Shown here: in pieces, positions 26,810 to 35,585 of the stretch
Position numbering within the stretch: position 1 is the first letter of the stretch
Layout of the letters: each line of letters begins with the position of its first letter
Virus record (IMG/VR): IMGVR_UViG_3300044541_000063
Location: 1-64,000 of that record
Source: a virus
Taxonomy: Duplodnaviria > Caudoviricetes
Length of the DNA stretch: 64,000 nucleotides
Reading direction: 5' to 3' (one strand)
Translations under genes and position numbers: made by a program
The notes under the pieces: model-generated
The model's input: the letters and a program-made list of their open reading frames with translations, nothing else
What the model was told of the DNA's origin: nothing
The model's database searches: none

Positions 26810-27775
26810 ATGCAGATGGCAGCAAGAACCAAGGCAAAGACAAGAGGCACGTACGCACCGCAGCCGAAGGCTGCGCCGGTCGAGGACAAGAAGCCGGCAC
26901 CAAAGCCCGCGCCGCCGCTGAACTCCATCCAGGTCAAGGACGACGAGGGCGACAAGCTCAACGCGGGGCTGACGCAGTACGGACTTCGCGTTCCGAAGTT
27001 CGGAGAGCACGGTGAGGCTGGCTTTCACCTGGACGAGGGCGTCATTCCGCGCCGCTGGGCGCGCGAGAGCTCGACGGTGATGGCGCTGGCGCGGCGCTTG
27101 GCCGCCAAGAACGAGAGCTTCGAGCGGGTCGCGGCGAGCACCGACGAGGCGCGCGCCAAGGCGAAAGAGGAGAGGGCCGAGGCGAAGGCGGCGGTGTACC
27201 GAGGGATGATTCACCTCAGGGCACTGCTGCAGGAGCTGGGCGAGAAGGCACCTAGCGAGGGCCGCGCCAAGAAGGCCATCGAGCGCGCCCACATGATTCA
27301 CCGCAAGTTTCACTTCGGGCCGAAGGAGGTGGAGCAGGCGCGCAAGATCTTGCGCGAGATGCCGGCTGCCGTGAATCCCTTCGCCCGCGCGGCGGGTGCT
27401 GGGGGCACGGCTCGCCAAGCCGCACCGGCACCCGCTGGCATCGTCGCGGTCCTGGTCAAGGAGAATCCGCACAGGGCGGGCAGCGTTCAGTACGACCGCA
27501 TGGCCGCGCTCATGGCGCACGCTAACAAGCCGGTCGCCGACTACCTGGGGGCGGGCGGCTGCCGGCTGAAACTGAAGAACGCCCTGGAGAAGGGCTGGGT
27601 GAGGCTGGACCAGGAGGCCCCGGCCACCGTAGCACCCGCCAAGTCCGCGAGCTCCGGCGCGACCCGGGACGCCAAGAAAGCGCCACCGGTCAAGGTATCT
27701 GAGACAGTCAAGCCGACTGGCACTGCTAAGAAAGCAGTGCCACCTGCGAAGGCCAAGAAGTCCAAGCGCAAGTAA
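26810..27775 (+). CDS. Lys/Ala/Pro-rich putative DNA-binding protein with NP.R.GS..YDR domain
   Basis: AGGAGG RBS; basic low-complexity termini; domain shared with 27827 and 34013 genes. Confidence 0.75.
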   Translation: MQMAARTKAKTRGTYAPQPKAAPVEDKKPAPKPAPPLNSIQVKDDEGDKLNAGLTQYGLRVPKFGEHGEAGFHLDEGVIPRRWARESSTVMALARRLAAKNESFERVAASTDEARAKAKEERAEAKAAVYRGMIHLRALLQELGEKAPSEGRAKKAIERAHMIHRKFHFGPKEVEQARKILREMPAAVNPFARAAGAGGTARQAAPAPAGIVAVLVKENPHRAGSVQYDRMAALMAHANKPVADYLGAGGCRLKLKNALEKGWVRLDQEAPATVAPAKSASSGATRDAKKAPPVKVSETVKPTGTAKKAVPPAKAKKSKRK

Positions 27776-27826
27776 GCCGCATTGCGACCACAACCGAGAC
27801 GTAACAGAAACAGGTAGGAGTCTAGT

Positions 27827-28456
27827 ATGAAAGTAGTAGAAGCGAACGGCGCTGCAGTGACCATCAAGTTCGGCGAGCTGTCTCTCGAGGATCTGGTGGC
27901 CCACCACAACGAGATGTGTCTCACCGCGATCGACCTCGGTCTGTCGGGCGTGACGGTAGAGACGTTCGCATCAGTACAGGAGGGCGTCGCGGCCTGCGAG
28001 CGGCTGCACGGCGCCATACTCAAGGCTCGCGAGCGCGCGGCAGCTCCGCCTAAGAAGCAGCGCGCCAGTGTCAAGGCTAAGGCGAAGAGGGCAGCGACCG
28101 AGACCGAGAAGGTCAAGAGTGCGGCTGCCAGCACGCCCGGCATCGTAGCCGGGTACACCGAACCAACGAAGGAGAAGACCGTGGCTAAGAAAGCGAAGAA
28201 GGCAGCTGGTAAGAAGACCGCGAAGAAGGTGGCGGCGAAGAAGTCGAGCGGCAACGGCACGCGCACGCGGCTGTCGGGAGACACGAAGATCACGTGGCTC
28301 GCCGAGGGCAATCCCGCACGCAAGGGCAGCATCTTCTACGACCGCGTGGAGAAGGTGCGCAAGGCCAAGACCGTCGAGGGCATCACCAAGGCGGGCGGCA
28401 TCGCGGCCGACGCCACCGAGTGTGCGAAGCGCGGCTGGGCCAAGCTCAGCGCCTGA
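27827..28456 (+). CDS. Histone-H1-like Lys/Ala-rich protein with C-terminal NP.R.GS..YDR domain
   Basis: AGGAG RBS; KKAKKAAGKKTAKKVAAKK. Confidence 0.75.
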   Translation: MKVVEANGAAVTIKFGELSLEDLVAHHNEMCLTAIDLGLSGVTVETFASVQEGVAACERLHGAILKARERAAAPPKKQRASVKAKAKRAATETEKVKSAAASTPGIVAGYTEPTKEKTVAKKAKKAAGKKTAKKVAAKKSSGNGTRTRLSGDTKITWLAEGNPARKGSIFYDRVEKVRKAKTVEGITKAGGIAADATECAKRGWAKLSA

Positions 28457-28470
28457 GCGCGCGTCCACCT

Positions 28471-28503
28471 CAGCTCCCCCGGCTGCCGCAGCCGGGGGAG
28501 TTG
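28471..28503. terminator. GC-rich hairpin, possible terminator or processing site
   Basis: 15-bp stem CAGCTCCCCCGGCTG/CAGCCGGGGGAGTTG with one G-U pair; no U-tract. Confidence 0.45.
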
Positions 28504-28520
28504 AACGAAGGGAGGGTGCG

Positions 28521-28856
28521 ATGAAGAACTGGCGGTGTGACTGGTGCTACGAGGTGTGCTCGGCGAAGGAGAGACCGAGCAAGTGCCCGCACTGCAGTCG
28601 TCCTAGAGAACTCACTCGAGTGACGACTCAACTTGAACTTAAAGAGACTGCGGCGGCAAGCTGCAACGTGGAGAGCAGCGCGCTCGAGGAGATCGGAGGG
28701 ATCAACGATCCCAGACAGAATGTCGGCCTCAAGGTAGACGGTCGTGGCAGAGGCGGCGGCAGAAAGTACTTCAACAGTCGGGCGCCACTCTGGAAGAGGC
28801 AGCTGTCCGGCGTGCGCGCCGCTGCAGCCGTGAAGCGAAAGAGGGAGAAGGAGTGA
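28521..28856 (+). CDS. Zn-ribbon protein
   Basis: WRCDWC...PSKCPHC; GGAGG RBS. Confidence 0.65.
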   Translation: MKNWRCDWCYEVCSAKERPSKCPHCSRPRELTRVTTQLELKETAAASCNVESSALEEIGGINDPRQNVGLKVDGRGRGGGRKYFNSRAPLWKRQLSGVRAAAAVKRKREKE

Positions 28857-29086
28857 TGAGCGGCAGCAACAGGTTCAAGCGTCACGTGGTGGCGCTACTG
28901 GTGAGCTCACCAGTGGCCGGCACCAGGGCCGAGGTGCAGAACTCGGTGAAGAGGTGGGCCGAGCACCACGGCCACACGTCGTTGGACTTCGGGTTCGAGA
29001 TACTCGACGCTGGACGCGTGACGGTCAGGTTCAGCAGCGCGGCCAAGCCGGCACTCGGCGAGGTCGCAGACGAGGAGGAGTCGTGA
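28853..29086 (+). CDS. Hypothetical protein
   Basis: Overlapping start/stop, AAGGAG. Confidence 0.55.
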   Translation: MMSGSNRFKRHVVALLVSSPVAGTRAEVQNSVKRWAEHHGHTSLDFGFEILDAGRVTVRFSSAAKPALGEVADEEES

Positions 29087-29571
29087 AGAGTCACTTTCCA
29101 GACGCGAGGGCGTGCACCGTGGTCACGGTGGTGGACCTCGACACGTGCGAGCCGGCCTTCGACGTGATGCTCTACGGCGTGACGATGGAGGACGTCTGCG
29201 TCGTAGCGGTCCCAAAGGCCGGCAACGAGCGAGACTGGATCGCGGCCGGGCGCGACGGGCGGCGCCAGCTGTGCGGCGCCGAGTACGTGCGACAGGCGCT
29301 GCGGCGGCGGGGACTAGACCCAGATCGCTTCACGTCTTCGGTCTTCATGGTTCGCAGCGAGAACCGCGGCTACGCCGTCAAGAGGGAGAGAGTCGATGAG
29401 CCGGTACGTCAACGCGACAGTGTTCTTCAGGGACGGCAACCTGCAGCCTCAGATCCGCACGAAGGTGCGAGTGTCGTTCGAGAGCGGCTGGGTCCAATTC
29501 ACCGACGAGTACGACGAGTCAACCACGTTCCCGTCCGAGGTCGTCTTCAAGGTGGAGACGAAGCACAATAG
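29083..29571 (+). CDS. Hypothetical protein (3' part overlaps next gene)
   Basis: GAGGAG RBS, GTGA overlap. Confidence 0.45.
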   Translation: MKSHFPDARACTVVTVVDLDTCEPAFDVMLYGVTMEDVCVVAVPKAGNERDWIAAGRDGRRQLCGAEYVRQALRRRGLDPDRFTSSVFMVRSENRGYAVKRERVDEPVRQRDSVLQGRQPAASDPHEGASVVRERLGPIHRRVRRVNHVPVRGRLQGGDEAQ

Positions 29572-29581
29572 TGGATGGTGA
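29396..29581 (+). CDS. Small beta-rich hypothetical protein
   Basis: GGGAG RBS. Confidence 0.5.
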   Translation: MSRYVNATVFFRDGNLQPQIRTKVRVSFESGWVQFTDEYDESTTFPSEVVFKVETKHNSGW

Positions 29582-30558
29582 CACCGATGAAGCAGCGAGA
29601 GACACTGGCAGAGCTGTATCTGCGCGCGGGCCGCGTTCACCGCGACTCGCAGGAGTACCATCAGGGACTGAAGGTGCACGAGATCGTGCGTCTGTGCCTG
29701 CGGCCACCCGACCCGCGCGCGTACTCGGCGATCGAGCGGATGCCGTCGCCGGCCGAGCGGTTCGTGTTCGACGAGGACGCCATGGACATGGTCCGCGACA
29801 TGATCAAGGCCGGAGCGCTGTCGATGCGAACGATGGGCGAGACGGCGCGCATGCCGACCGAGAGCGTGTGGATGGAGTACCTCGACACGAAGGAGCAGTG
29901 CCGCAACGGCATTCTCGTCACGCGGCGAGTCGGCGACGGAAAGCTGCTGATCGTCGTCGTGATGGAGTTCGAGGGACTCGCCCTTCCTGGCATGATGATA
30001 GAGACGAACAACTTTCCGTGGAACTTCGCGGAGGAGTACGACGACAGCAAGGAGGGCGGGCCGGAGCTGCCGCCCGGCGAGAAGCCGGAGGGCGGCGAGG
30101 GCTGTCTACTGCTGTGGGAGGTCACCAAGGTGAGCAGGCGACGCACGTGGCAGCGCGCCGCGCAACTCATGCACGACGCCCTCGCCATGCTGTTTCTCCT
30201 CACGGTGCCGCGCGTGTGCGAGGTGCGCACGGCAGTCTCGCGCGCGGAGAGGATGCGCGCGAGGGAGCCGCGCCAGCACCCGGCCGTGGAGTACAAGCAC
30301 GTCAAGCTGACCATCGGCTCGGGCGGCGCGCGCTACAAGCACGTCAAGCGGGAGGACGGCGAGACGGCGGAGGACTACGCGAAGCGGTTCCACCGCGTGA
30401 TGGGACACTTCAGGACCTACCGCCACGAGTACGGTAGCGGCGGCAGCAGGACGCGAGCAGAGCCGCTGGTGCGGTGGATCCCGGTGCACTGGCGCGGCGA
30501 CCCGACCAAGGGCATTCTGCTGCACACGCGAGACGTCGGAACCAAGAAGGAGACTTGA
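29575..30558 (+). CDS. Conserved phage protein with C-terminal H.V.GH.R...WI..HWRGD motif
   Basis: RFHRVMGHFR, WIPVHWRGDPTKG. Confidence 0.75.
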   Translation: MVTPMKQRETLAELYLRAGRVHRDSQEYHQGLKVHEIVRLCLRPPDPRAYSAIERMPSPAERFVFDEDAMDMVRDMIKAGALSMRTMGETARMPTESVWMEYLDTKEQCRNGILVTRRVGDGKLLIVVVMEFEGLALPGMMIETNNFPWNFAEEYDDSKEGGPELPPGEKPEGGEGCLLLWEVTKVSRRRTWQRAAQLMHDALAMLFLLTVPRVCEVRTAVSRAERMRAREPRQHPAVEYKHVKLTIGSGGARYKHVKREDGETAEDYAKRFHRVMGHFRTYRHEYGSGGSRTRAEPLVRWIPVHWRGDPTKGILLHTRDVGTKKET

Positions 30559-30559
30559 C

Positions 30560-30871
30560 ATGGAACTCTGGAAGATCGGCGCGCGTCTGCGCTATCTGCA
30601 CGGCCGCACTCCAAGCTGTCAGCCGGGCGACATCGAGACTCTCATCAAGGAGCTCGACCCGATCGGCAGCGGAACCAGCTATCCGTACCTCAGGCTCGCT
30701 CGGCACGTCGGCGCGGCCTACGGCGACGTTCTGTGGTTCGCAGACTTTCTGCAGGGCGGCGGCAACCTGAGAATCAGCGACGTGCGCGTGCACGGCGCGC
30801 TCGAGCGACTGAACAACGAGCAGCGCGAGGCGATCATGCGCGTCGTGCACGACAGGAGGGCCAAGTCATGA
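30560..30871 (+). CDS. Hypothetical protein
   Basis: AAGGAG RBS. Confidence 0.65.
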   Translation: MELWKIGARLRYLHGRTPSCQPGDIETLIKELDPIGSGTSYPYLRLARHVGAAYGDVLWFADFLQGGGNLRISDVRVHGALERLNNEQREAIMRVVHDRRAKS

Positions 30872-31041
30872 GAATGTCGTCTCCAGAACTTGAGATACTG
30901 CGCAACCCGCAAGTCATCCTCACAGCTCTGTCGCTGCTCGTGCCGAGAGAGGAGGCTGCGACGCGTATCGAGATAACGAAGCGCATCTGCCGAATCCAGG
31001 AGATCTCGAAGGGTGCCACGACGTGGCCGGAGGACAGCTGA
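30868..31041 (+). CDS. Hypothetical protein
   Basis: AGGAGG RBS, ATGA overlap. Confidence 0.5.
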   Translation: MRMSSPELEILRNPQVILTALSLLVPREEAATRIEITKRICRIQEISKGATTWPEDS

Positions 31042-31442
31042 TGAAGGAGGACGAGGTCAGGGCACTGCACGAGCTCGAGCGTCTGTGGGGGCTGCCGGCC
31101 GCGCCGAGCATCGCCTGCCCGTCGTGCGGCAAGCGCAGCTACAACGCCAACGACGTCAACTATCGGTACTGCGGCTACTGTCACCAGTTTCACGACGACA
31201 TGCTGCCGAAGGACGTCAATCCGAAGACCGGCACCACACCGGAGGACGGTGCCGCGCCTCCGAACTTTCTGATGAGAGAGCAGAGTCAGCGCGAGGAGTA
31301 CGGCATGAGCCCCGAGTTTCAGTGGCCAACGTGGCCGGGCTGGCGCGCCTTCGTGTCGCTGGACGACTGGAGGCTGACCTTGGCCGTGATGGCCGGTGCC
31401 AGCGCGCTGACGCTCATCGTCATGCTCGCAGCGCTGCTGTGA
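31041..31442 (+). CDS. Zn-ribbon protein with C-terminal membrane anchor
   Basis: CPSCG..SYN.ND...RYCG.CH; hydrophobic C-terminus. Confidence 0.65.
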   Translation: MKEDEVRALHELERLWGLPAAPSIACPSCGKRSYNANDVNYRYCGYCHQFHDDMLPKDVNPKTGTTPEDGAAPPNFLMREQSQREEYGMSPEFQWPTWPGWRAFVSLDDWRLTLAVMAGASALTLIVMLAALL

Positions 31443-31491
31443 GCATAACGGAGCGTAACATTGCTTGATAATTTGGCTCCCTACGGGTAGG

Positions 31492-31520
31492 TTTACTTCG
31501 CCAGACAGGCGTGGCAGACT
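31492..31520 (+). promoter_or_regulatory. Putative promoter
   Basis: TTTACT-TCGCC..(N17)-CAGACT in an intergenic gap. Confidence 0.65.
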
Positions 31521-31553
31521 TTATTGTCGTTGAACCAAAAGGAGATTTAGCAA

Positions 31554-32120
31554 ATGGCTGCGAAGAGAGGACCCAGGAGAACTACACGAATTTACTACGG
31601 AACAGGAGACGCGCCACTATTCTGGATAGTTCGTGTCTCAGACGCAAAGGAGTCGGTGGCCATTGACGGTAACGTCTGGGACGCATTAACAGGGACACCG
31701 GGTCAGACTGTCGGATGTCAACTCTCTAACTGCGTCATGCGAAATCGTACGGTGTTCCCGCACGATGTCTTCTTTGCCTCATTCACGAAGCGTACCTGCT
31801 GGCTGGTTGACAAGATAACGAATGGTCAACCTTCACACGCCGTGCGATACGAGCACTGGTACGGATCACTGGTTGACTTGAACGATACTGATATCAAGAA
31901 AGCTGCAGTGAAGATGCGTCCAGAGCTTGCTGAACGCCAGTTTGTTCTTAGAAAACCCTACAAGAAAAATAACAAGTACGGCGGCAGTGTTCCACAAGGG
32001 CGAACCACGAATGAGAGAGTGGCAATCGTTCCCAAGGGGGCACTGGCACGAGCTCGCAAGACAGGACTCATCACCGCTGATCTGGCGAGTCAGATCTCTA
32101 GCTGGTCAAGTGATAAATAG
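31554..32120 (+). CDS. Basic hypothetical protein, lower GC than neighbours
   Basis: AAGGAG RBS; many A/T-ending codons. Confidence 0.8.
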   Translation: MAAKRGPRRTTRIYYGTGDAPLFWIVRVSDAKESVAIDGNVWDALTGTPGQTVGCQLSNCVMRNRTVFPHDVFFASFTKRTCWLVDKITNGQPSHAVRYEHWYGSLVDLNDTDIKKAAVKMRPELAERQFVLRKPYKKNNKYGGSVPQGRTTNERVAIVPKGALARARKTGLITADLASQISSWSSDK

Positions 32121-32133
32121 GAAAGAAATAAAC

Positions 32134-32664
32134 ATGGGAAGTCAGAAGGGCAGACACTACCACTCGTGGACCGGTCCGGTGCGCGCCTACATGCGGTGTC
32201 TCGCGACCAGGTTCTTCGACCGAGGGTACACGACGGAGAAGGAACTCGCGGCCATCTTCGCGCACCGCATTCCAAACTGGAAGGACCAGTTCGGAGGAAC
32301 GATCACCGACAAGGCTCTTCGAGAACGTGCCGACAAGGCGCGGCGCAACGCGAGCGAGAATCCCGAGACGCATCCAGAGATGCGTCTGTACTGGGAGCAG
32401 GCCGGCAAGGACATGAAGTCCGGCAAGAAGTGGGACAGCTGGCAGCAGCTTCAGCATGAGCTTCTGGGGGAGTCTCTCAGTGAGAAGCCGCCGCTGGCTG
32501 AGGTCAAGCAGCTAGACCCGCTCACCGAGCTCGTCGCGTCCAGGGACGAGGAGCAGCAGTACGCGTGTCGCTCGTTCGTCGTCAGCGTGCGCCTCGTCGC
32601 CGAGATAACGCGCGTGCTGAAGCAGCACGGCATAAGCGCGATATTCGATCCGGTGACTAGCTGA
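32134..32664 (+). CDS. Hypothetical protein
   Basis: AGGA RBS before ATG 32134. Confidence 0.7.
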   Translation: MGSQKGRHYHSWTGPVRAYMRCLATRFFDRGYTTEKELAAIFAHRIPNWKDQFGGTITDKALRERADKARRNASENPETHPEMRLYWEQAGKDMKSGKKWDSWQQLQHELLGESLSEKPPLAEVKQLDPLTELVASRDEEQQYACRSFVVSVRLVAEITRVLKQHGISAIFDPVTS

Positions 32665-33094
32665 GCAGCATGTCGGAGACGGCGGCCCAGTCCCAGCCGG
32701 CAGGGCCACCGTCCCACCAGTTCAGCACCGTGCCCGCGGGCAGCCTCTGGTGGTCCGACATGCCCATCTGCTTGAGCTCCCTGGCACTGCTGCCGGCCAG
32801 AAGCCACAGGCGGTCCCGCGCCTCGCGCTGAGGGCCGGGGGAGGCGCGCTGCCGCAACCCCACGAGCACTCTGCCGCCGTGGCGAGTTCGGCGCAGTATC
32901 CACCCGACCTGCACCGGGCGCAGCGGCACCGTCCATCCTGTCGTCTGCTTGAACTCGATCCATCCCTCCACTCCGCCGCAACAGTAGTTGCTGTCAGGCA
33001 CTCCCCCGCCCGTGGCGCCGGTCTCGACGCTGTTCCAGTCGAAGTGCGGCAAGTGCGCCCTGAACAGGGGGCGAAGGTCGCCGTCGTCGCTCAT
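32657..33094 (-). CDS. PD-(D/E)xK nuclease, VRR-NUC/Holliday-junction-resolvase-like
   Basis: VET...GVPD....G...WIEFK ... Q.GW; AGGAG RBS. Confidence 0.8.
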   Translation of the reverse strand: MSDDGDLRPLFRAHLPHFDWNSVETGATGGGVPDSNYCCGGVEGWIEFKQTTGWTVPLRPVQVGWILRRTRHGGRVLVGLRQRASPGPQREARDRLWLLAGSSARELKQMGMSDHQRLPAGTVLNWWDGGPAGWDWAAVSDMLLS

Positions 33095-33114
33095 CGTGGT
33101 CTCCTGCTCTCGGG

Positions 33115-33222
33115 TCAGTCCCATCCGGCGAACATGGCGCACAGCAAGATTATCGCTACGAGCGTGACCGCGCCCACGGCGTTGCCGTCCAGCTGCATTC
33201 TCAGTAGCTCTATCGGGTCCAT
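33115..33222 (-). CDS. Small membrane peptide (35 aa)
   Basis: Start overlaps upstream stop; TM segment. Confidence 0.4.
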   Translation of the reverse strand: MDPIELLRMQLDGNAVGAVTLVAIILLCAMFAGWD

Positions 33223-33386
33223 CAGTCTTCCCTCAGTACGCACGGCCCGTCGTGGCCGGGCGGCAGCACGCACGTCCAGCTGCGGCGGTGCCAGCTGCGG
33301 CGGCGCAGCCAGTGCGCCAGTGCGGCCGTGAGCAGGCCGGCTAGGTACGCCGCCAGGGCCACTCCAGCGAGCTCCAGGGCTCTCAC
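33222..33386 (-). CDS. Small membrane protein with C.L..GH.G.C motif (not in ORF track)
   Basis: Manual translation MRALELAGVALAAYLAG...WTCVLPPGHDGPCVLRED; overlapping start/stop on both sides. Confidence 0.45.
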   Translation of the reverse strand: MRALELAGVALAAYLAGLLTAALAHWLRRRSWHRRSWTCVLPPGHDGPCVLRED

Positions 33387-33589
33387 CGGACGCTCCACTT
33401 GCCGGGCCGGCGCACGCGCACGGCCGTGTGAGGCTGACGCGGCGCTGCGAGGGCCGGAGGGTCCGGCTCGTCCAGGTGCGGCGGCAGGTCGTAGACCGGC
33501 AGCGAGGGCGTCGGCCGCTTGACGCCGGTGCCGCCGCGGCTGAAGACGTCCTGGTGACGGGCTGTCGTCTGCACCACAAGTTTCTTCAT
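33383..33589 (-). CDS. Hypothetical protein
   Basis: GAGG RBS; ATGA-type overlap. Confidence 0.45.
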   Translation of the reverse strand: MKKLVVQTTARHQDVFSRGGTGVKRPTPSLPVYDLPPHLDEPDPPALAAPRQPHTAVRVRRPGKWSVR

Positions 33590-33816
33590 CTTCGTCCCCT
33601 CTTCATGGCCTTCTCGACCGTCTCGAACTTGTGCAGACACTGTCGGTTCGTGCACAGACGGAAGCGACGAACTCCGAGTCCGTCCTCCTGCCTTCGGGTG
33701 TCCACCACCTCCGTTCGTGAGGAGCACTTCGGGCAGGCGTGGCTCGCGCCGCCGCGCGGCTTGCCCTTCACGTCCTGCTGTCGCATCATTAGTGCGACTG
33801 CGCGCTTTCTTCCCAT
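33586..33816 (-). CDS. NrdR-N-terminal-like zinc ribbon protein
   Basis: CPKC..TEVVDTR....GVRR.R.C....C.HKFETVE. Confidence 0.75.
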   Translation of the reverse strand: MGRKRAVALMMRQQDVKGKPRGGASHACPKCSSRTEVVDTRRQEDGLGVRRFRLCTNRQCLHKFETVEKAMKRGRR

Positions 33817-33817
33817 C

Positions 33818-34009
33818 TTACTGCTTCCTCTTCTTTCTGCCCGGCACGCCGGCCCTCGCCGCTATCTTGCACACCGCCGACTCGGTGCAATTCAGCTGTG
33901 CAGCTATCGCCAAGACCTTGACGCCCGACACGTAGCAGTTCAGCGCGAAGAGACGCTCCATCTTCGTGAGCGGTCGTCCGTGAACCTTCAGGTGCCTTCC
34001 AGCCTTCAT
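33818..34009 (-). CDS. Small HTH DNA-binding protein
   Basis: G.KV.AIAAQLNCTESAV..IA helix-turn-helix pattern. Confidence 0.65.
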   Translation of the reverse strand: MKAGRHLKVHGRPLTKMERLFALNCYVSGVKVLAIAAQLNCTESAVCKIAARAGVPGRKKRKQ

Positions 34010-34012
34010 GTC

Positions 34013-34486
34013 TCAGTGTCTCCTGCTCTCGGGCAACTCCTCGAGGACGCAGTACCCTCGCTTCACCGCGAGGGTCACGTCCTTGCGCCGCACGCCCCGA
34101 GCGATGGCGCGACGCAGCGGCTGTCCGTGCTTGAGAAGCGCGGCCATCCTCACGTAGATCGCGGTGTTGAGCTGGCGCTTGGCGCCCTCGAACTCGGACG
34201 GACGCGACAGCACCAGCACGCGGCGGTCGTCGGGTCCGAGTTTGGGCGGGGGAAGCCCGCGATACTGTGCGGGCCTCCCCCTAGTGATCTTCCTGCCTAT
34301 CAGGTGCTCGGCCGCTTGAAGTTCTCCGGCCTCAAGAAGTCGGAGAACTAGATCCGCTTGGCACAAGCCGGCCATCTCGGCGGCGTCGTGCAGCGAGCCG
34401 TCGCGCTTGAGATAGAACCATCGACGCAGCTCGTGCGCTGCAGTCGCGCTTAGAGTCTCCACGAGTGGTCTGTATCGCTCTTGCAT
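34013..34486 (-). CDS. Putative DNA-binding protein; C-terminal domain paralogous to 26810/27827 genes
   Basis: GGGAGG RBS; YVRMAALLKH...KRGY..L. Confidence 0.7.
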   Translation of the reverse strand: MQERYRPLVETLSATAAHELRRWFYLKRDGSLHDAAEMAGLCQADLVLRLLEAGELQAAEHLIGRKITRGRPAQYRGLPPPKLGPDDRRVLVLSRPSEFEGAKRQLNTAIYVRMAALLKHGQPLRRAIARGVRRKDVTLAVKRGYCVLEELPESRRH

Positions 34487-34697
34487 GCACCCTCCCAGGT
34501 GAGCCCGCAGTCACTACGGGTAGCGACACCGTTGCACGCTGCACCAGCGATTGCAAGCTGCAAATTACCGCGAATCTGGTTACAAGCGCAATCAGTTGCG
34601 GTTGCTTTGCATCGCAAACACACTTTCGCGCGCGATCGCAAAATTCACCGTAATGACCACGATTTGAGTAGTACCACTGCACCGGGAGACCTCGCCG

Positions 34698-35010
34698 CCG
34701 GTATTAGACTTTGTCCGGTATATCCGGTATACCCGGTAATGTACTTGAGATTGCTTGAGTTTATTTTTGCGCACCGCAGCGGGGTCGCAGGTAAACGCGA
34801 ATCCATGGAGTGCGCGATTCGCGCTAATAACGCGAGCAGAAACAATGGGTTTACCGGGTATACCGGGGACAACTAACAATCGGTAGGGAAAACTCAAGCA
34901 GTAACAGTGTCTTTACCGGGTATACCGGGTATACTGCCTTGCCGCGCGCCCGCGCGTGTACATGCGTGCGCGCGCGCAAGTAGGTCCGGTATATCCGGTA
35001 TATTCGGCAT
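34698..35010. repeat. Cluster of 9-bp (T/C)CCGGTATA iterons in both orientations; origin/packaging-site candidate
   Basis: Forward at 34714-34740 and 34985-35002, reverse at 34851-34868 and 34913-34934; 45-bp imperfect inverted repeat 34718-34762 / 34890-34934. Confidence 0.75.
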
Positions 35011-35096
35011 CCCCCGGTTATCTCCTTGCCAGGGCATTGCGGCCGTGCTAGCGACGATGCCGGGTTGAGTGGTAATTTGGGCAAAGGGGCCGGGCG

Positions 35097-35585
35097 GTGC
35101 GCGCTGTCAAAACCTACTGGGCGTTGGCGATTACAAGATTTCAGCAGGAGGAGCGAGCGGCGTCTCACGTCGAGAAGCAGGGTTTCACGTATTGGCTGCC
35201 GCGAATGGCAATGTTTACCCTGAGGGGCGCTGAAAGGCGCTCCTTGATGTTTCCGGGATATCTGTTCTTTCAAGTTCGCGCTGGCTGGGAGGCAGTGTGC
35301 AGCACGAAGGGAATCGCGTCGGTGTTTCTGTGCGACGGGCTTCCGTCTCGTGTGCGGCAGGACGAATTCGAGTATCTGCGAGGACTCGAGGATGACCGCG
35401 GTCTGGTCGTGCTCCCTCCCAGGTTCAACGACGGCGACAGTGTTCGAGTGGTCAAGGGATCGTACAGCGGTGTCGTCGGTATGGTGCAGGGCATGTCGGT
35501 GGCCGGTCGCCTCAGCGTGCTCTGGTCAATGTTCGGCAAGGAAGTTTCGCTTCAGGTGAGCGAGAGCTCGCTTGAACTCGCGTAG
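35097..35585 (+). CDS. RfaH-like NusG paralogue (antiterminator)
   Basis: NGN W.......E..A..H..QG..LP..MFPGYLF..ST.G; KOW F.DGDSVRV..GSY.G..G. Confidence 0.88.
   Translation: MRAVKTYWALAITRFQQEERAASHVEKQGFTYWLPRMAMFTLRGAERRSLMFPGYLFFQVRAGWEAVCSTKGIASVFLCDGLPSRVRQDEFEYLRGLEDDRGLVVLPPRFNDGDSVRVVKGSYSGVVGMVQGMSVAGRLSVLWSMFGKEVSLQVSESSLELA

Noticed and set aside
4021-29571. Genes running 150-300 nt into the next gene (4021, 8244, 13670, 29083), suggesting stop-codon recoding
   Set aside because: All overlaps use the frame whose first base is the downstream gene's third codon position, which is rarely T at high GC3, so stops are scarce. All three standard stops are used normally elsewhere.
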